Source of the DNA: Lama glama
Lineage: Eukaryota
Assembly (NCBI GenBank): GCA_028534125.1
Contig: CM052816.1
Span: 83,826,001-83,890,000 of the forward strand
DNA length: 64,000 nucleotides
Direction of reading: 5' to 3'
The position numbers were made by a program, and so were the translations under genes. The notes beneath the pieces are model-generated. The model did no database searches. It was given only the letters and a program-made list of their open reading frames with translations, and had not been told where the DNA came from. This document shows, piece after piece, positions 1 to 12,760 of the stretch. Numbering within the stretch: the first letter of the stretch is position 1; the number at the start of each line of letters is the position of its first letter.

Positions 1-3000
1 AGATTGTTAACAGCCATCCACTGACTGTTACTGCAGATCCCTAAGACAGACACGTGAAAGTGCCATCTGTGTGTTTATCAGCAGCTGCTGTCTCCAAGAA
101 TGTTTTAGTTTCACATATTAGTACATTTTGCTTTAATAAGAAAGAAATGACTTGAGCTAATAAGAGTTAGTTTCCCAATTCTTTCTGCAAGCGTTCTTTA
201 AGTAACCAAACACTGAGAGAGAATTCCTTACTTCAGACGGGACAACCATGTGAGACGTGGAACTCCTTTAACAGGGTCTGTGGAGAGCAGGGCATTTTTG
301 ATATCATCTTCAGTGTCCATTTAATAATGTGTAACAAACTTATTAGGACAACAAAAAAAGAAAGAGATGATAATCAAAGTTCTACAGAATAAAGCTTTCA
401 GCCGTAACTGGACAAAAGTGTCTAACATAACTTTCAGACTGCTTACTAAATTTCATCTCTGTTTTTCTATACGAACTGGCTTTCAGAAACTCATTGTCAC
501 ATACATTGACATGGTCACAGATAAATCTCAGGTTTCTCACCCCCCAAAAAAGACTGATTCCCAAATCCTTACCTCCTTTTCTCCCAAACAAGTCCCAGAA
601 ACTTGGTTCTAATTGGCCTATTTTGTGACAGTATGTGTATTATTCCATGATTACTAAACCCAACAAATTAATGTGTTTGGCTGTTCCCAAAAAACACAGT
701 GTGGGTTGTAGAAGAAGGGAGGTATGCTGAGCACATTAAGCAATTATCCTCAGAAGTGATGAATCACCTTAATTTTTGGACACAGAATGTGTCCTCTGGA
801 AAAGGGGAGTGTTGAGGTCATCATCTAACATGCCTACCAGCATCTAATTTCTGTTCTTTTATTAAAAATACACTAAGTTCCCTGTGGGGAACAATTTCTG
901 CCCACCTTAGCCTTGCATATTTCAGATCAGGCATCTCTAAGCGCCCAGCTCCCATTTTTCTGGAGAGGCATACTCCAAATTGATCAACCCACAGCATTAC
1001 TTCCTTTGCCCAAAAATGATTGGTTCAAGATGAGTCCTTGTCCCAAGCAGGTCTTTGAGACAGTCTTGAAATTTGTAATGAAAGTATGAAGAGGTATACT
1101 TCTTCTGCCAGCAATAACAGGACAAAAACCTGAACTGCTGCTGGAAACCTTTGTCTCCCCTTGGAAAGGAACTGCCTGAAAATGAGGCAAACTCAGAGCA
1201 GAATGTGACATGGAGAGTTGGGGGAAAGAGACTCTTGATCATGTTCAAGCATTTGGATCCAGTCCTATTAATGTCTGACTTTTTCCTTGATTCCTTTTAA
1301 TCTGTGAAACAGTAAGCTTGCATTTCCCTTTAAGCTAGTTTGAATTTCACAATTTGTCACTTAAAACTGAGTCTTGGCCAGCACAGGGGGAAGAGAGGGA
1401 GGTCAAAATTTCAAATGAAAAATTGAAACATCATTAGCCACCTGGTTTTTATTTGAATAAGTGAAGTAGGACACCCTTGCGCAGTTAAGTCATGGTTCGT
1501 AAAGAATCACTACCGTGAATTATATCACCAACCCCATCCAACAGAGTGGAAACTGGGTAGGATCATAGAGTTGACTCTGGGGTCAGGAACCAGAGATTAT
1601 ACTTGGGTTGGAAGGTATTCAAGCAACCTGAGTTTGGTACAACCGTTCCTTCTTTGGACATAATCCTCTAATTATTAAATCACTTCTTAAGAGCTTGGAA
1701 ATAACTCCGCTTGGCATACGCTTGAAACCATTATTTACTTTTTTTAAAAACTCCTTCAACTCAAACTTCCCTCTCATGCCATCTGAAATAGCAGTATCTG
1801 TGATGCTAGATTTCTTGATGATGTATTTAGCCCAGATTTTATCATATTTTCTACCTAAATTAGTTTCCCTTCCACCTAGAGCAGTTTATAAAGCATCAAG
1901 TCACCTAAAATTTCTATTACATAGAATACAAGAAAGTATTTTATAGATATTACATACTTTTTTTCTGCACTATTTAGCTATAACTTATCAACTTGCATTT
2001 TAATGAGAAACATACTAAAAGAGATTAAAAAAAAAAAAGAAAGAAGACCCGAGTTTTAGGTCAGTAATTCACTGATTTTTCTGAAACTGTAAAGGTCACA
2101 GGTTTATTGAGGGGAAAAAAGAAAGATTTTTTTAGTGTTGAGGAAAATGCTGTATAAGTATAAAATTATTACCATTTTGTATATCTTTTACAAAACTATA
2201 GTATAACATAATAAAATGATTCTGACAGCTTCAAGACCAAAATGTGAAATTTTTGCTTAAAACTGTCTGCTTTTTTCTTTAAAATATGAGTGTGATTTAG
2301 AAGTGATTATATTGAATAAAATATGCCACAACCCACCATGTAAAATGCTTGTTTACTAGCCTTTCTTGTTGATCTATTAAACTTTTAGGTAACTGATCTT
2401 TCTATAATTTATATTTCACAATAACACTTCTGAAATTTTGTTTAATTGTACCATTGAGCATGGAGAACTTTAACAATCCCAAATAGGCATAATATATATT
2501 TAGAATAGATGATTTTGCACTTGTTCTCCTGTGCTATGAAATGCCTAAGCTATTTCTTTCACTGCTCTTTATATTGGAACATATCAGTCTCAAAAGAATT
2601 CCTAGTTTAAAGAAGAAAAAAAAAGTAAAATCAACTATGAGCTGTGTGAAGTGAGGAATATTACAGTGTTCGGCCAGTTGTTAATTCAACGGAGATAAAT
2701 GCATTCTCTAGAGACGTTCAGTGTGATCTAATACTGCAGCCTTCTGCCCAGAGTGCATCATTGCAGTAGCAACTCTGCCAAACGTTCACAGCTTTTGCCT
2801 ACACCTAACAACACTGGTCAAAACTCCCCTTACAACACCGCTTAGAAATGCACACCTATGCGTATGGGAAACTTTGATAAAACCAATGACACTTTTACTG
2901 TTGACTCATTTGGCCAAAAACTGAAAATTCTAAAAAATGTATTTTGAATCTGCATTCTTTGTTTGAAGCCACATACTTTAAAATAAACAGATCATTCACA

Positions 3001-3474
3001 TATACTCATCCTGTTCAACCCACTGCCTTCTAAATCAGAGATAGAATACCTCTGATTGCCACCAGGGCAAGGATTTCTGTGAATTCATGCTGATGGGGTA
3101 ACTGCTTTGACGGCTTCAAGTATCAAAAAGCAGGGTTAGGCTACATACAGTTCCTGAAGAAGCTACTCTTGGGGTAGCACAAGTTAGAACTCAGGATTCC
3201 AAAAATAAGCATTTTTTAAGCTATCCATGTGAAGAACACATGGATCTAAAATCAAGTAGATGGGAAGGGGGGAACAAAAGAAACCAGTTGGGACCTCCTT
3301 CCAGTTACCTTGGCTGTGTACACACTGGATCCACCACATTTCCCTCCTTATGAAAAAACAACTGAAGCGTGTACATTGGAGCCCCTTTTCCATTCTCTTC
3401 TTCAAAATGTGCAGCCCTGAATTAGTTAAACGTGGTTTATGGGAATTCTAATGTAAGGAGAAATGCACACCTCA

Positions 3475-4574
3475 CGCAGTAGGCAGAGTTCTAGGACTGG
3501 CTTTCAATAACTCTCGCCCTTGTATAATTTCCAACCTCACTGACTGTGAATGGAACCTGTGAATATGATGGAGGTCATTCCTGCAATCATGGAGCATTAT
3601 GCGTCAAAGAGAGATTATCTGGGTGGGCTTAATCTAATCATATGAGTCTGTAGTAAGCAGAGAGTTTTCTCTAGATGGTGGCAGAAAGAGAAATCAGAGA
3701 GAATGAGAATGATTCAGGAAAACACTGCTGGCTTTGAAGATGGAGCAGGGGGACAGACTTACTTAGATGATATTATCAGTGTCTCCTTCTGTTTGACTAA
3801 ACTTTAGACAGGTTTCTTTCTAACTCTAGGTTCCTAACCTCCCTTTTCTTAGAGCAGTTATTTAAAAAAAAAAATTGTAATTGCAAATTCTTTCTCTGCC
3901 CATGGTGAGTTGTAAGTATTCTACAACTCAGAAGTGTTTTTCTCAAGGAGCTGGGAGTCATCCCTTTAAAATGTAATCATCAAGGAAGAGACCTCTAGCC
4001 CCAGGTTTTGTGGGAGGAGTGGAGCCTAACTTCAATAAGCAGCAATTGTAACTGCCCCACTTCTCCCCTAACCTTATCCACGGCATGTCCATTAGCTTGA
4101 CTAAGTGTTTAAATATCTTCATGGCTTTTGTTAAAGCAGAGTTTAGTTCAAGGTCTCTTCCATGTTGGAATCATCCCTTTTCTCCTACTTCAACAGTCTT
4201 GAAAAAAGATTTGCTTGCATGTTTCACTGATCAGGTGCAATTTTTCTTTCACAGCATGCAAGGACCGGAGAAAGGTGTCTAGGAGCTGAGAGAGATGTCC
4301 AGCCAACAGGTGCCCAGCAAACGAGGACCTCCGTCTTTTAGTCACAAGGAACTAAATTATCCCAAATCTGAATTAGCTTGAAAGTGATTCTTCTCCAGAG
4401 CCTCTGGATAAGAGCTCAACTGGGCCTGCACCTTGATTTTGGCATTGTAGACCCATAATGTAGGACTGTGTACTTTAATTCCCCAATTGAGCCCTCCTGG
4501 ATGTCTAACTTACAACATTATATAAACCACTAAATTTGGGGCAGTGTTTTATGCAGCAATAGAAAACAAATACA
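3475..4574 (+). mobile_element. MaLR solo LTR (MLT1E-like), interrupted by an ERV1-type LTR
   Basis: Starts cgcagtaggcagagttctagg (MLT1E-type TGTGGTAGGCAGAATTCTAAG) and contains gagattatctgggtgggcttaatctaatca. Ends gcagcaatagaaaacaaataca. Perfect 5-bp TSD CCTCA at 3470-3474 and 4575-4579. Confidence 0.85.
3755..4253 (+). mobile_element. ERV1-type solo LTR nested in the MLT1E element
   Basis: Motifs ttgactaaactttagacagg, gagcctaacttca and gagtt...aaag.tt.cttgc are shared with the copy at 18506-18924. Ends in ...tttcaca, after which MLT1 sequence resumes. The left boundary is approximate. Confidence 0.7.
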
Positions 4575-5409
4575 CCTCATTTGAACCCAATATAACTTTA
4601 AACTTCCCAGTTTGTATAGTCAGTGTCTTAGAAGATGATGACCTTCAGAATATAATTCTGGCTCTGCTCTAAAGGGCATGGCCTTTTGTTATAGTTACCT
4701 TAAATGACACAAATAGATTTTGTTAGTATTGTTTTTATCTAAATCAAGTGTTTAAATACTAAAATTTAAAAATTATGATTATTCTGAATATTATCATCTT
4801 TTTAAGTAACCTCTGCATACAAATGTGCTAATGGTCTATTATCCACAATAAGCAACAATTTACTAACAAATTATACTGCAAATAAATTATTAAAATAATT
4901 ACATGTTTTAACCTTTCCCATATTGTTAATATGCATGTTGAAAAGATTAATTGTGGCATAAAATAGGTAAATATTTAGAGTGCTTCCATTCAAATAGGGG
5001 ATATTTTTAAGAATTATTAAAAGTTAGAATCTGGGGTAATCTGAGACAGATCATCCATAGAAACATGAAACCTAAAGTAGTTAATTTTAATAATTCTTCA
5101 AAATGCTTCTAAATGTACATAATCTATGACTGTGTACTTTAATTCTGACCATCTTTGTGTCAATAAATTAAGCAGTTTTTCAATTGCTTATGTGTTTTTC
5201 AATTTCTTTTAGCCAGAAAAAAGAAGTCATTTTGTAGCTAAAGGACATTCTTATGCTTAGCATGTATTTTGGTCTAAAATTAATGTAACTCACTAGGCAA
5301 TCAACTAGAGTACATTAACAAAATGATTTTTTTATCATAATTACATTTAAAGTTGAATTTTTATGACTTCATTCATGCAACACAGAGCATAATCGTCTGA
5401 ACTACTTAC

Positions 5410-5440
5410 TGAGTCATAGCCAAGCTCATATTTCCAGGAA
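5410..5440. promoter_or_regulatory. Candidate enhancer motif pair: AP-1 (TGAGTCA) and STAT/GAS (TTCCAGGAA)
   Basis: TGAGTCA at 5410-5416 and TTCCAGGAA at 5432-5440, in non-repeat DNA with about 8 CpGs across 5394-5584. Confidence 0.3.
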
Positions 5441-6589
5441 CGTTACCTGTTTCTCTGATCCGAGTATCGCTATGCAATTAAGTCTGGGAACAATGCGTCT
5501 GGAACTCTGTTATACATTCTATTACGGGAACGACAGCTGGAGTATTGAAATTCTTCACACTTCATACACTAGTGTTGCTTCACGAAAGCATTCTTTACTT
5601 ATACCAAGCTTCTCACTTGCTGTACAAGCAGACTTGTTATCAGTAAATTTGACGAAGATTGCCTGAGATGTGGAACTGAGAGGCAGTTCCTCAAACCTTC
5701 ATTCCAGCTTTCAGTCCTTCCATCGGAGAATCTCAGAACATGGAGTTTCCAGATTATGCATACTTTCATAAAGTGTTCCAAAATGCCCCTTTATTCTTGC
5801 TTTCAGGTTTGGCAAAAGCACTCCCATAGGCCTGGAAATAGAAGCCTTCCCCATGTCTCCCATGTTAATATATATGTATGCACCAAGATTTCTCACTATA
5901 ATAATCTGAGCCAAGACTTTGTTCAGTAGCCATTTTCTTTTATTTCTTATATCAAATTAAACTACCCACAAATGTAAATAACTAAAATAATAGAAGTGTG
6001 TTTTTTTCATTACAGTTAGACTCTTTTTAAAGATAGTCTTATTTAAACTCTCAAAGACACAAATTACTAAGGATGTTAAACCACCCTCATTGAATTCTAA
6101 TCATTTTAACAAGGCACATCTCCTCATCACTTTCACCTGCACAACGTGTACTGTGCATTCGCTGCTTTTAGGGCACTCCAACAAGCCCTTAAATAGATAC
6201 TAACTAAGAAATATCAGTTGCACTCTTTTGTGTGAGTGAGAAAATGCACCTTTAACACATCGTGTCTACAGACATGTGTTAGATGATACTTAAGAAAAAC
6301 AACAAACAAATTAATGCCTTATGGGGTAGGAGAAAAATGAACATGTAATTAGAGCCAAAAATGGTGAAAATATGGGGTGAAATTCATAGAACTTGAGCTA
6401 GAAAGCTGGTTATAAATTCAATTGTTTAAAACATGTGAAGTTATCAGAAGATTGATTCTTAAGGGCTGCACAGTGACTGCTACATGTCATTAACATTAAT
6501 ATTATTAATACTACTCTTAGCATAAGTACCAAGTGTGAAAAAGTTCAATATTTATCTCTCTGTCTGCCTTGCATTCCTGATTTGATTAA

Positions 6590-7830
6590 TTATTCATGAA
6601 TGCATTCACTCAACGAAGTATGAGTTTCAAGTCAACTACCAGCAAAACATCTCCCAGGTGTTAGTGTGGTACACAAGCCAGGAATGACCCCTACTTTTAT
6701 GACCCTATAGTCTAATCAGGGAGATTGATGATATGTAAAATTACTTAGGCAAGTATAAAACAATTATTACATTATCTCTAAAGAAGAAGTAAACAGTGCT
6801 GTGAAAATACACTGAGGATATGTTATTGAAACAGAGAAAGAAGCGTTTGACCTGGGCTATAAATTTAAAGTGTCCCCAGCAACTTTAATTTGAAAAGATA
6901 CATGCATCACAATGTTCATAGCAGCACTATTTACAATAGTCAAGACATGGAGACCACCTAAATGTCCATTGACAGATGACTGGATAAAGAGTTTGTGGTA
7001 TATTTATGAAATGGAATATTACTCAGCCATTAAAAAGGATAAAATAATGCTACTTTCAGCAACATGGATGGACCTGGAAATCATCATTCTAAGTGAGGTA
7101 AGCCAGAAAGAGAAAAAAAAAACCATCTGATATCACCCTTATGTGGAATCTTGAAAAAAAAAAAAAAAAGAAAAGAAAAACCCAAAAAAGGCACAAGGGA
7201 ACTTATCTACAAAACAAAAACAGGTAGACTCACAGACATAGAAAACAAACTTACAGTTACCAGAGGGGAAGTGGGTGGGAAGGAATAAATTGGGAGTTTG
7301 AGAGTTGCAGATACTAACTACTATATATAAAATAGATAAACAGTAAATTTCTTCTGTATAGCACAGGGAACCATATTCAATATCTTGTAGTAACCTATAA
7401 TGATAAAGAATATGAAAAAGAACATATGTATCTATATGTATGATTGAAACATTATGCTGTACACCAGAAACTGACACAATGTTATAAACTGACTATACTT
7501 CAATAAAAAATGTAAAAAATAAAATAAATTGTCCCTGGCAAAAGGAAGGGCATGCATGAAAGTCCTGAAGTGTTAAGAGAGGACCTGCTGGTTTTGAGGG
7601 AGTGAAATACACCAGAATGACAGCTTTTTCAGACTCCTTCAAAGAAGTAGACATGAATGGGTTTGGGCCTTACAGTCCAGGTTAATGATTTTAGATGTGA
7701 CTCTAAAAACACAAGAAATTGCTGTGGGGCTTTAAGTTTGGAAGTGACGTGATCTGGGCAACTTTTAAGGAGAACTCTATGGATATGTGTAGAAATTCAA
7801 CTGGTTTAGAGGTAGAATAATTGTGGAAAG
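6590..7830 (-). mobile_element. Ancient L2 fragment split by a younger L1
   Basis: L2 3'-tail-like cattcactcaac and ctatagtctaatcaggga, plus purine-rich L2-like sequence (gtgacgtgatctg) on both sides of the L1. Confidence 0.55.
6883..7524 (+). mobile_element. 5'-truncated L1 (ORF2 C-terminus + 3'UTR + A-tail), camelid/cetartiodactyl type
   Basis: ORF 6912-7130 (MFIAALFTIVKTWRPPKCP...WMDLEIIILSEVSQ) is the L1 ORF2 C-terminus. 3'UTR carries gcacagggaaccatattcaa...ctgtacaccagaaactgacac, then caataaa and an A-rich tail. Degenerate 17-bp TSD at 6866-6882 and 7525-7541. Confidence 0.95.
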
Positions 7831-7918
7831 CCTGTCTAAGGAGAAAGTACAGTCATATATTGGCTAAGGCATTTCAAGTTGATCATAGTATTAGCATTTG
7901 GAAACAGACTATGCATTA

Positions 7919-8266
7919 CAGTCATCTCTTTACATCCGCTAAGAATTGATCCCAGAATCCCCCTTCAAGTGAATACCAAAATCTGCAGTTGCTAACGTCC
8001 CTTATATAAAATGGCATAGTATTTGCATATAACCTATGCACACTCTCCAGAACAATTTAAATCATCTCTAGACTACTTATAGTATCTAAGAAAAGGCAAA
8101 TACTATGGAAATAGTTGTAAATATAATGTAAATGCTATGGAAATAGTTGCCAGTACATGGCAATTTCAGTTGACTTTTGGAACTTTCTGGAATTTGTTTT
8201 AATACTTCTGATCTGAGGTAGGTTGAAAGTGAGGATGCAGAATTTCTAGATACAGAGGTCTGAATG
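7919..8266. mobile_element. Tigger-family MITE (MER2-like)
   Basis: TA flanks and CAGTC...GAATG termini. Internal MER2 motif cccttatataaaatggcatagtatttgcatataacct...aaatcatctctagactacttata. Confidence 0.85.
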
Positions 8267-9524
8267 TACACAAAAAGCATTTCTAAATTTGCATTTTCCA
8301 GCCTCCAGTGAGCAGTCAGTAATTCCCCAAGACCATAGTCTGCCTTTTAATCTTGTGTGTTGCTTACTCTATCAACATTTCTATCAATACCTAAAAGATT
8401 TTTAAGTTTCCACAAATGTTACCTGGTTATCTATCAACCAGCTTCTCCCTCTGCTGTCGTAAAATATGCCATTTTCAACCAAGTGTGGATATAGATAACT
8501 TCAAATATTCAAACGTTTATTAAAAGTTGACTAAAGGTATCTGGTCAACGGGTTGAAAGTACTATTCAAAAACTGAAAATGTTATATTGGATATTAGATA
8601 ATACTCTCTTTGAAGTTCTTAGTTGACGCCCCACCTTAGTTGACTTGACAACCTCTGCTGATTTCCTCAACGAGTTTTAGACTTCAGGAGAAAAAATAAC
8701 AGCCAACCTGTTCCTCCCAGTCATGGTTTTATTGACAATTCCTCTTAATCTGCAATCCAGCCTTTTCAATGACAGACATTGGATCAAAGAGAAAATAAAA
8801 AGGAGCTTTTATTTCCATTTGTGCTTGCAGACTCAATTTTATCAATTTAGGATAATCTGTACAAATGCAACTAATATCACAAACAGAAAAGGTTTCACAT
8901 GATTATGCTGAACAGCTTAGCCCCTCATTGTGTAGAAGCTCTTCATTTACAGTGAAGTCTAGGATACTAAAATTATGCTTCTATAAACACAGGACTCATT
9001 TACTACTTTTTTGGCTTAATGCACTTTACTCCTTACAAAAAAAAAAAAAAAAGAAGTACAATCCATTCCCATACATAGACTTGAATTTCTCCACTGAAAA
9101 ACAATCAACTGCTAGCGATCTAAAATACCTAATTTTCATTTTTCTTCTCTGCAAATTAAGTGGTACATTAGAATTACAGGCCAATGTTTAACAACTGTTA
9201 AATTACACTTGAATCAGCTGAACAAGACAGTATCATTTTAAAGAATATTATGAAAAGGTGATGGACTTTGAAATATAATGGCAAGTTTAGAAATAATGTT
9301 AGGAAAAAAGGCTCGGGGTTGATCCTGAGAATATAAACCATATACATTTGAAAGGTGACAAAGTATTAGACTTCTAGAGAAAAAATAAGAAGAAAAAGTA
9401 AGAACAAATAACAAAAGCATTCTTATTAGTACACGCAACTTTGCCCTCAACCCCTAAGATTATTTTCTTTAAACTCTTAGGAAAATAAATGGATCTCAGA
9501 GTTCATTTGCATCCTAAATGTAAC

Positions 9525-9605
9525 TGTGTGTAAGTGTGTGTGTGTGTGTGTGTGTCGTCTGTGTCTGTGTCTGTGTGTGTGTGTCGTCTGTGTCTGTGTC
9601 TGTGT
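9525..9605. repeat. Compound (TG)n/(TCTGTG)n microsatellite with a 29-bp internal duplication
   Basis: The cgtctgtgtctgtgtctgtg block starts at 9556 and again at 9585. Confidence 0.95.
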
Positions 9606-11409
9606 TTTAACTACTGGCTACACATTTTACTCAGATCACTGGATTATATTTCTTTCAGTTAAAATAAAACACAGGATATGTAAGTGTGTTCACTTGCAAC
9701 TGTCAGTAGGTGTGTTGTTAACATTAAGTACGTAGATAGCCTACATCACAGCTGACCTACTGGAGGAAAAAGACCATTAAGCAGCAACTTCATTTACTTC
9801 TTTGTAACACACAGTAGTTAATTAGCCCTGGAGAAACTCTTCCAGGCCATTTCCTTTGGCCATAAGGCAAAAGAAACAGCACTTTAAATCTTTGATCGAG
9901 AATCAGCCCATTTTAACTCAAAAATAAAAATACCCTTCTCAACGTGATTGGCTTAATCTTAACCTTCAGAATGCATTTTGTAACTTCCTCCTTAGTTCAA
10001 AGTGATCTTACATCCCTTGTGAAAGGAGCAAGTAAAAATTACTTTTCACTCTTTTCAAAACTTTTCCCTCGGTTGTGTCAATCTTTCTCTAACAAAACTT
10101 ATACAATGAATAAGTCAACTAACAAATTGTCTATTGGAGGCAAGACAAAAGACTTTGACACCTTTTCTTCTCTCTTTAATGACAGAATCAAATCTGCCCA
10201 AGGTTTGATAGAAACAGCAAGGATGTATTATGAAAGTGAGTGTAGCCATAGTTTCACATGAAGTAAAGAATGTTTGGTCTGTGTGACCTCATCTCCTCTC
10301 TACTCATCGGAGCATTTCCAGCAATGCAGGGTGTGGGGTGGGGCTGTGGACCATCAGGAGCAGGAACTCCCCAATAAGTCCATGCATCACTCATCCTGCG
10401 AAGCTCTGGATGACCTAGATCCGAGGTCACCTTCTCCCACACAGGGAGCAGCAGGATACTTTGGTGGCGGTGACAAAAGTTCCCAGGCAGAGCCCTTAAG
10501 TTTGTGACCTGGACGGAGGTGAGTGACCCTCAGGAGTCAGCCCGATCCTCCAGAGCCCGGTTCATCCACACACCCGCCAGGACCCCTCTGGGCTCCTCTG
10601 GGCTCCTGATATTCACTGTCACACAGCTAAATACAACCTTGACACCACAAAGACGGCTGAGCCATGGAGTGAGATAGAAATCTTTCTGATCTGTCACTGC
10701 CCTTTCCCTGACTTTGACCAACGTCAGCTCAAATTTGGCTTTTCTAGCCACTTGTGCTATAAAACCAGGCACCCTCCTGTTCTTGCTATGGTCTAGTTTA
10801 TGTGGTCAACGGAAATTCTCCTTTTCTTACTGGCCTCCCAGTGCAAAAAGAACCACTTTGTACCCAGAAACAAACTATCCCTCAGAGTTATTGGGTCGAA
10901 AGAAAAGGAAAGTAGAATCTATCACCTGAGACTGGGGGGGCCCAGGTGGCCCTCTGCCCACCCCCTGGATGTCCACTGCTCCTGACCCAGATCTGCTGCT
11001 CCTTTCCTGAACCCTGACACCTAAGAAACTGGTTTTCTCTTTTCTTTCGATATTTCGTTCTTGGAAAAAAAAAAAAAAGTCTAGTCTAAGCCATACCTCC
11101 ACATCACAATCCATCACTCATGAAGCCTGTCTTCACAAAGGAGCAAAGGAATCCCAGAAGAAAATTCCAAGATAGTTTAAGGAATAAAAATTTAGAAAAG
11201 TGATACATATATGAATAAATCTTAACCAGCCTTAACTAATACTTAAAAATATAATATACAATGTATTTAAAATAGAGAGACTTAAAATACAGAAGCAATA
11301 GGAAGTAAGATAAAGGAGACCTGATGTTTACTGAGCCTTTTGTTCAGAAAGTATTAAGTAGGGCAGTCCAAGTGTTATAGAAATTGATAAAAACACATCT
11401 TGTTATGGG

Positions 11410-12760
11410 AACAATCACAGCAGGTCATCCAATTCTGTGGTAATAGACAACTCAAAAATTTTACTCGCTTGAACAAAAAGTTGATATTTCACACACAGTT
11501 CACAACTGACTTACATCATTAGACAGATCTGCTCCTGGAGTCACTCAGGGGTGCAAGTTTTCTCCTGAAACACGATCTATGGTCGCCACAGCAGTGGGAA
11601 GCCAATGTGGTAAGTTACAAACTGGCTGTTAAAGTTTCTGTCCCTACGTGACATAACAGTCACTCTACTCATATCTCAGTAGTCAAAGCAAGGTACAAGG
11701 CCTCAGAAGATTCCCAAAAACAACAAAAACAAAAACAAAAATGAAAGATAGAGTAGGGATGCATGATTCACTGTGTTGCTGCAAAGGAAGAAGCTGGAAA
11801 GATTTGGTGAAAACATGGAAACCGGTCAGTCAACCTGTCTGTTCACCAGAAATTCAGCTCACTATTCCTCACCAGGCAAAATCCGCTGACTCCCTTCCCA
11901 AGAGGCATGATTTCAATGTTTTATTCAGTGACGGGGGCCCAAATGGAGCCAAAGACTTATAAATAAAAAGGGAAAATTATCACCACTCCACACACCAACT
12001 GGAGTTAGAGGAACTGGGACAATAAAATGGAATCAAATACTCCCACTTGGAAAAAAATAATGGGAGAATGAAAGATTTTGTAGTCCACAGCAATTCTGTA
12101 ACGCTAACGGGAATTTATAGTTACTGTATCCTGTGGAGGTATTTGGGATATTTTCTTGGTTTGAGTCCCAAATCTTCTCTCTGGGAGAGATTCCTAACTC
12201 CACTGCTTTCTCTGGTCCCATGTCTGCACTCTGATGACATCTCCTTTATCCACTGTGTCTCTGTCACTTCTGAAGTAGACAATGTGGCCTCCTGAGGAGC
12301 TGGGAATTTCAGTCATCTGCTTCCTGCATGTAGATCACTGGGCTCGATGGCTGCTGTAGATATGAAGATGCATAAACAGTGTGCATTCAGATTCCTGGTT
12401 GTAACAGAAACTGACTTTTCTTATAAATGTGGTCAGCTTTTTGTTTCGCTCTGCTTGGGTTTATGTGCCAGTAAACACTCACAGTAGGATGATTGTTAAT
12501 ATCCCTGGTTTATTCCTTGTAGAAAGGTTGAGTATAATCGTCCCTGGTTATCAAAGCATTTCTTGATAATTAAAAAAAAAAGGCTTTGTGGTTGAAAACT
12601 CTCTTAAGTCTCTGCTCTATTCTATTTCATTTTCAATTAATCCAATGGCACATTTTGTTTCTGAGCTAATCTCTTCTAAAAATTCTTTGCTACGTGCAGC
12701 ATCGAACAAGGTATTACTGCATTAAGCAAAGCATTACAAGAAAAGATTAATTTAGAAATG
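11410..12760 (-). mobile_element. Old MaLR (MLT1J/K-like) LTR plus probable internal sequence
   Basis: gtcactctactcatatctcagtagtcaaagcaagg resembles the MLT1 motif cacttccgctcacatttcattggccaaagcaag. Downstream sequence resembles MLT-int. Boundaries approximate. Confidence 0.5.

Noticed and set aside
5447..5600. Minus-strand donor site (cag|gtaacg) suggesting a coding exon
   Set aside because: All three minus frames hit stop codons shortly upstream of the donor.
6912..7477. ORFs 6912-7130 (+) and 7139-7477 (-) as host genes
   Set aside because: They are the L1 ORF2 tail and the antisense L1 3'UTR.
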